Made by a program: the position numbers and the translations under genes. Below are positions 7,547-12,128 of a stretch of 12,128 nucleotides of DNA, one piece after another (the stretch's first letter is position 1; each line of letters opens with the position of its first letter). Under the pieces are notes generated by a model that did not search any database, was not told the DNA's origin, and was given only the letters and a program-made list of their open reading frames with translations. Source of the DNA: Methanoregula sp. (lineage in GTDB: Archaea > Halobacteriota > Methanomicrobia > Methanomicrobiales > Methanospirillaceae); contig JBDKTL010000001.1 of assembly GCA_039698055.1 (NCBI GenBank), forward strand, positions 1 through 12,128, written 5' to 3'.

Positions 7547-8797
7547 TTATTTCTTAACCGGGTTGAACACGTTCTCGTAGATCATGTCGCTGCCGGTGTT
7601 ACCGAGCCTGGCCCGCTCTTCTTTTTCCTCAACATAGGCCATCAGCGGCAGTTCCATGCTGACACCCGGGACATGGCCGAACATCTTTTCGAGTTCAACC
7701 TGCTGGGCATGCATGAAGAGTGCATTGGGGATCTCCATCGGACAGACTTCCTCGCACTGCCCACAGTTCACACAGGAATCCGCGATGTGCGCATACCGGA
7801 TTAAGTGGAACATAAAATTGACCGGAAGTTGGCCGGGAGGTACATAGACCGGGTTCTTTGTTGTGCAATCTACACAGTAGCAGATTGGACACTGGTCGAT
7901 GCATTCGTAACACTTGATACACCGGGAGGTCTCTTCCATGATCTTCTTAAGCCGGTCCTTGCCTTCTCCAAGACCTTCGAAATCATGCTTGCGCCACTTT
8001 TCGCCAAGCTTCATCATGGCGCCTTCGACCTTACCCCGGATCTCAAGCCCCTTGGGGTTTGCTGCTTCGGTTGCAAGAACGCCGGCTTTTACTGCGCCTG
8101 CTACAAGGTTGGCTCCTTTTTCGGAGCAGACCTCGACAAATGTTGCCTTGCCGGCACGGGGGCCAATAACACCCCAGTTCCCACAGGCAAGGTCAGCCTG
8201 CCGGGGAACTTTCATCTTACAGCGGCGGCAGTTACTGCGCCGGCCGTAGCCGGCCTCTTCAAGCTCGTCCACTGAAATGCCCTTGTGACCGCCTTCATAC
8301 TCGATGATGAACTGGCCCTTGTCGATCTCTTCCTTGTGAACTAACTCGGGGTCGACGCCGTACTTGTCGGCTATCATTTTCCGGGCGAGCACCGGGCTGA
8401 CCGAGCCTCCGCAATTGACACCGATCATGATGATGTTGTCAAGGTTGATCTGCTTGCGCTTGGCCAGTTCATAGAATGCCATCGCATCGCAGCCCTTAAC
8501 AGTCACGCCAATCTTCATGTCCTTTGCCCCTTCAAGATATTTCTTGATAAGTTTTGGGATGAGCAGCGTTCCGCAGTGGAGCGAGCCAGCTGTTTTCACA
8601 AGGTCCTTGGGATCGGTGATGAGGACTGGCACGGCATCGTAGAGATCCACACCTTTAGTTACGGCGAGCACCGCGTCGACCATCTTGGTCTCAAGGGCAT
8701 ATTTCCACAGGCTGGTAACTGCACCCCCGAGTTCGGCCTTCTTCTGGATATCTGCGTCGTTGGTCCAGGCATAGAGCATATCGCCTTTTTTAGTCAT
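7547..8797 (-). CDS. fdhB: F420-dependent formate dehydrogenase beta subunit
   Basis: FrhB/FdhB motifs GGAVT, AGSLHCG, VKGCD, IGVNCGG, CRRC and ADLACGNWG. C-terminal ferredoxin motifs CIKCYECIDQCPICYC and CVNCGQCEEVCP. Starts 2 bp after the fdhA stop. Confidence 0.95.
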   Translation of the reverse strand: MTKKGDMLYAWTNDADIQKKAELGGAVTSLWKYALETKMVDAVLAVTKGVDLYDAVPVLITDPKDLVKTAGSLHCGTLLIPKLIKKYLEGAKDMKIGVTVKGCDAMAFYELAKRKQINLDNIIMIGVNCGGSVSPVLARKMIADKYGVDPELVHKEEIDKGQFIIEYEGGHKGISVDELEEAGYGRRSNCRRCKMKVPRQADLACGNWGVIGPRAGKATFVEVCSEKGANLVAGAVKAGVLATEAANPKGLEIRGKVEGAMMKLGEKWRKHDFEGLGEGKDRLKKIMEETSRCIKCYECIDQCPICYCVDCTTKNPVYVPPGQLPVNFMFHLIRYAHIADSCVNCGQCEEVCPMEIPNALFMHAQQVELEKMFGHVPGVSMELPLMAYVEEKEERARLGNTGSDMIYENVFNPVKK

Positions 8798-8799
8798 GG

Positions 8800-10860
8800 T
8801 CAGGCCTCCTTTATCTTCTCAACCGCAACACCGCAGTGCTTGAGCTCCGGCATCTTTGACAATGGATCGAGTGCAGTGTTTGTCAGGTAATTTGCACCTT
8901 TGTCAAAGTGCATCGCCATGTACAGCACCTTCGGGGCGACGTCATCGGTCACCCGGGCAATGGTCTGGATTTCACCACGCCGGCTTTTTACTTTTATCTT
9001 CTCGCCATTTTTGATATTGAGTTCCTTGGCATCCTCGGTATTGATCTGGATATAGGATTCCGGGACTTCATAATCCAGTACCTCGCACCGGGCGGTTTGC
9101 GTCCTTGTGTGGTAATGGAAGATTACACGTCCGGTCATCAGGGTGAATGGATATTCTGCATCGGCAACTTCCGCCGGGGCACGATATTCAATCCCGAAGA
9201 ACGTGCCAAGACCATCGGCAGCGGCAAACTTCTCCTTATGCAGGATTGGGGTTCCCGGGTGTTCAACCGTCGGGCATGGCCAGTGGACGGATTCGGGTTT
9301 TTCCATCTTCGCATAGGTTGCGCCGAACATGGAGGGGGTTACTGCCCGCATGTCATTCCAGACATCTTCAGCGGTCTTGAAATCAAATCCTTTGAGTCCC
9401 ATCTTCTTTGCAAGAAGAGTAAAGATTTCCCAGTCTGCCTTGGCTTCCCCGGGGGGCTCCACCGCTTTCCTTACACGGTTGATCCGTCGTTCCCCGCTGG
9501 TGAACGTGCCGTCCTTCTCGGCAAAGCAGGCGCCGGGTAAGATGACATCCGCGTACTGGCTTGTTTCATTGAGGAAGATATCCTGCACAACAAGGAAGTC
9601 CAGTTTCTCAAGCGACTGCATGACATGATTCGAATCGGGGTAAGAGACCACCGGATTCAGGCCGAGGATAAACATTGCCTTAATAGGATCGCCGCACTGG
9701 TTAATCTGCTCGGTCAGGGTCGCACCATACCAATCTGGAAGATCGGTAACTCCCCATGCTTTTTCCATTTTTGCACGGTTTTCTGCGGTCTCGCATTTCT
9801 GATAACCGGAATAAACGTTGGGGTAGGCACCCATATCACAGGCACCCTGAACGTTGTTCTGTCCGCGCAACGGATTGACACCAACACCGGGGCGCCCGAT
9901 GTTTCCGCAGAGCATGGACAGGTTGCCCAGTGAGCGCACATTATCCGTTCCGGTTGAAAGCTCGGTGATTCCCAGACAATAGATAATCACGGCATTCTTT
10001 GCCGCGGCATACTTGAATGCAATCTCTTTAACTTTTTCTGTCGGGACGCCGGTTATCGCTTCCGCATCAGCATATTTCTCAACAGTCTTTTTGAGATCCT
10101 CAAAACCCTTTGTTCTCTTTGCAATGAACTCCTTGTCTTCCTTGCCCTCCTTGATGATCCAGTACATCATGGAGTTTGCAAGTGCGATATGGGTTGATGG
10201 GTTGAACCGAAGCCAGATGTCTGCGAGCCGTGCAGTTGCACTGTACCGAGGGTCAACCACAATAATCGGGATGCCTTTCTTTTTTGCCTGCACGATGCGA
10301 CGTGCTGCAAGTGGATGCGCCTCGACCGCGTTGGAGCCCCAGAGGACGATCAGGTCAGAATTCAATACATCCTCGAACGGGTTGGTTGCCGCCCCGGAAC
10401 CAAATGAGAGCGAAAGTCCGGCAACGGATGGCCCGTGACAGATACGGGCACAGTTGTCAACGTTGTTTGTCTTGAACGCGACACGGGCCCATTTCTGCAT
10501 GATGTAGCAATCTTCGTTTGGCGTCCTGCATGAGACCTGGAAGCCGAGGGATTTTGGCCCGGACTTGTCATATATTTCCTTGAATTTTGTTGCGACAAGA
10601 TCCAGGGCTTCATCCCATGAGGCTTCGACAAATTTACCGTCTTTTTTAATGAGCGGTTTTGTCAGTCGATCCGGACTCTGGACAAATTCCCAACAGGTCG
10701 CACCCTTCGGACAAAGTTTTCCTTCGTTAACAGGGCTCCTCTTGTAGGGTTCCACGCCTGCCAGTTTCCCGTCGTTTACAACGAGGTTAAGTCCACAACC
10801 CACACCGCAATACGGGCATGTTGTTGGAACATATTTTAATGAAGATTTTTCATCACTCAT
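8800..10860 (-). CDS. fdhA: Formate dehydrogenase alpha subunit (Mo/W-bis-PGD, cysteine type, cytoplasmic)
   Basis: [4Fe-4S] motif CPYCGVGC...LCPKG, active-site NCARICHGPS (Cys, not Sec), PLRGQNNVQGACDMG, FAEKDGTFTSGERR and C-terminal LMTGR...PELK. No Tat signal. RBS GGTGA at 10867-10871. Confidence 0.96.
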   Translation of the reverse strand: MSDEKSSLKYVPTTCPYCGVGCGLNLVVNDGKLAGVEPYKRSPVNEGKLCPKGATCWEFVQSPDRLTKPLIKKDGKFVEASWDEALDLVATKFKEIYDKSGPKSLGFQVSCRTPNEDCYIMQKWARVAFKTNNVDNCARICHGPSVAGLSLSFGSGAATNPFEDVLNSDLIVLWGSNAVEAHPLAARRIVQAKKKGIPIIVVDPRYSATARLADIWLRFNPSTHIALANSMMYWIIKEGKEDKEFIAKRTKGFEDLKKTVEKYADAEAITGVPTEKVKEIAFKYAAAKNAVIIYCLGITELSTGTDNVRSLGNLSMLCGNIGRPGVGVNPLRGQNNVQGACDMGAYPNVYSGYQKCETAENRAKMEKAWGVTDLPDWYGATLTEQINQCGDPIKAMFILGLNPVVSYPDSNHVMQSLEKLDFLVVQDIFLNETSQYADVILPGACFAEKDGTFTSGERRINRVRKAVEPPGEAKADWEIFTLLAKKMGLKGFDFKTAEDVWNDMRAVTPSMFGATYAKMEKPESVHWPCPTVEHPGTPILHKEKFAAADGLGTFFGIEYRAPAEVADAEYPFTLMTGRVIFHYHTRTQTARCEVLDYEVPESYIQINTEDAKELNIKNGEKIKVKSRRGEIQTIARVTDDVAPKVLYMAMHFDKGANYLTNTALDPLSKMPELKHCGVAVEKIKEA
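8805..8810 (-). promoter_or_regulatory. Ribosome-binding site of fdhB (AGGAGG) inside the fdhA 3' end
   Basis: Minus strand reads AGGAGG-cc-TGA-cc-ATG, indicating translational coupling. Confidence 0.75.
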
Positions 10861-10924
10861 TTACCATCACCATTTTTTAAACAGGATTAATAAAATTAGT
10901 AAATTTTTCAGGTTTGTTAGTAAG

Positions 10925-10940
10925 TTTATAATTTATTTTT
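10925..10940 (-). promoter_or_regulatory. Candidate BRE/TATA box for fdhAB
   Basis: Minus strand AAAAATAAATTATAAA, with TTATAAA (10925-10931) about 65 bp upstream of the fdhA ATG. The region is AT-rich, so alternatives exist. Confidence 0.45.
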
Positions 10941-11242
10941 GAAGTATCCCCTTATTAAATATTCTGGAATTTATCTGAAAAATGATGATTAACGGTGGAA
11001 ATCCCCAGAAAACTATTGGAAATCTTTGCAGATGCCAGATAATCCAACTATCAGAAAATTTAGAGAGAAACCTAATAAAAAAAGTAAGTGTACATATTCT
11101 CGCAGTCGCCCGTGGAAATTTTGTTGTCCGGCCGGATCGCGGTTATATCATTTTTTATCTCGGAAAAAATAATCTATAGGGTTACACATCCGTCCTTGCA
11201 GAGTTATTAAGGTAATATATTCTGGCTTACAAGAACAAATTG

Positions 11243-11250
11243 TTTATTTA
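11243..11250 (+). promoter_or_regulatory. Candidate TATA box for the fmdE-family gene (likely leaderless mRNA)
   Basis: TTTATTTA ends 20 bp before ATG 11271, preceded by purine-rich aagaacaaa. No Shine-Dalgarno before the ATG. Confidence 0.4.
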
Positions 11251-11270
11251 ATGTTCACAAATACATCATT

Positions 11271-11915
11271 ATGACCGCAATTCATTCTCATGACTCTTCA
11301 GATGCACTCAACGCCCGTATGCATGCTTGCGGTGTCAATGACCGGATTAATAATTATATTATGAAGTGCGTCGCGTTTCACACATCTCCAGCACCCGGTG
11401 TTCTCATTGGAGCTTTTATGATGGATTACGCGCTTGAACTACTGGGTGCAACAATAGGGGAGAAACTTTTTGCCGTCTGCGAAACACCAAAATGCCTTCC
11501 GGATGCACCACAGATCATAGCCAACTGCACGACCGGCAATAACCGGCTTAAAGTCATTCCAATTGGCAAATTTGCCATAACACTGAACCGGGCTTCTGAA
11601 AACCCAACCACAGAAGGTGTCCGGGTGTTTGTTGACAACAACAAACTCAAAAAATACCCGGTCATCGATTTGTGGTATGCAAACAGCCCGATGTTTAACA
11701 AACGCACCATGGAATTTACCCTCCAAGAAGAAATTTTCCGGAGCGGACGGGATATCCTTTCAGCAGAGCGTGTAAGGGTACCGGTCAGGTCCAAACAAAA
11801 GTGGCAGCCGGTATATTGCCCCACTTGTGGGGAAAGTGTACCGGATTATATGATCATTGACGGGAAATGCGGAGCCTGCGGCTCTATGAAATATTATGAA
11901 ATAATTGAAGGATAA
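11271..11915 (+). CDS. fmdE: FmdE-family protein with C-terminal zinc finger
   Basis: FHTSPAPGVLIG (FmdE FHGHxCPG-like), CETPKCLPDAPQ, CTTGNNRL, GKFAIT, GVRV, and C-terminal CPTCGE...CGAC. T run at 11923-11929 after the stop. The symbol marks the family, not a proven Fmd subunit. Confidence 0.85.
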   Translation: MTAIHSHDSSDALNARMHACGVNDRINNYIMKCVAFHTSPAPGVLIGAFMMDYALELLGATIGEKLFAVCETPKCLPDAPQIIANCTTGNNRLKVIPIGKFAITLNRASENPTTEGVRVFVDNNKLKKYPVIDLWYANSPMFNKRTMEFTLQEEIFRSGRDILSAERVRVPVRSKQKWQPVYCPTCGESVPDYMIIDGKCGACGSMKYYEIIEG

Positions 11916-12031
11916 CCTTCCCTTTTTTTGTACCCGGGGAATCGTGGAGGATATTTTAGCAGGTTCCCATCTCTAACTGATTACCTTCTCATTTAGTGAA
12001 ATAGGACTTACGCACAAGATCTAGAAAAAAA

Positions 12032-12128
12032 TTAGAGCGTGTATTTTGGATGAGCCAGATAGTCCGCGATGGCAGCTTTTACAATCTCCCATTTTGCATT
12101 GTAGATCGTGACGTTATTGATGCGGTTA
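12032..12128 (-). CDS. 3' end of an unidentified protein (partial, continues beyond the window)
   Basis: Frame open from the edge, ...NRINNVTIYNAKWEIVKAAIADYLAHPKYTL*, with an amphipathic helix pattern and a T run directly after TAA. Too short for the ORF track. Confidence 0.55.
   Translation of the reverse strand, partial: NRINNVTIYNAKWEIVKAAIADYLAHPKYTL

Noticed and set aside
8908-9540. 210-aa plus-strand ORF and other short ORFs opposite fdhAB
   Set aside because: Antisense shadows of a strongly codon-biased operon.
8800-10860. Selenocysteine recoding in fdhA
   Set aside because: The frame is open throughout and the metal ligand is encoded as Cys.
11139-11162. ModE-box-like sequence gcggttatatcattttttatctcg
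   Set aside because: Half-sites and spacing deviate too much from the CGnTATATA-N6-TATATAnCG consensus.
10982-11179. 65-aa ORF in the fdhA/fmdE intergenic region
   Set aside because: AT-rich, no RBS or motif, and overlaps the candidate regulatory repeats.
1-12128. CRISPR array, tRNA or rRNA genes
   Set aside because: No regularly spaced repeats, cloverleaf or rRNA-like segment seen in any intergenic region.

Overview
Archaeal methanogen chromosome segment; gene content and protein style point to Methanomicrobiales (inference). In order: a possible insertion-sequence end with a structured leader at the left edge (1-122); a compact PEP-carboxykinase/HPr-kinase-fold P-loop protein (+); a 5'-truncated, amber-interrupted family-B DNA polymerase remnant (-) whose breakpoint abuts a GGGGGC-GAA-GCCCCC hairpin; a REC-PAS-PAS-PAS hybrid histidine kinase (+); a complete single-ORF IS66 element (4797-6340) with 13-bp terminal inverted repeats and a perfect 8-bp target-site duplication; a secreted, C-terminally anchored S-layer-like protein (-); the F420-dependent formate dehydrogenase operon fdhAB (-); a divergent FmdE-family zinc-finger gene (+); and the 3' end of an unidentified gene (-) at the right edge. 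I found no clearly new multi-gene system. The best leads are the mini-PEPCK-like kinase, the repeat-rich fdhAB/fmdE divergent promoter and the hairpin-capped polymerase scar. All family assignments come from motif recognition, not database searches.
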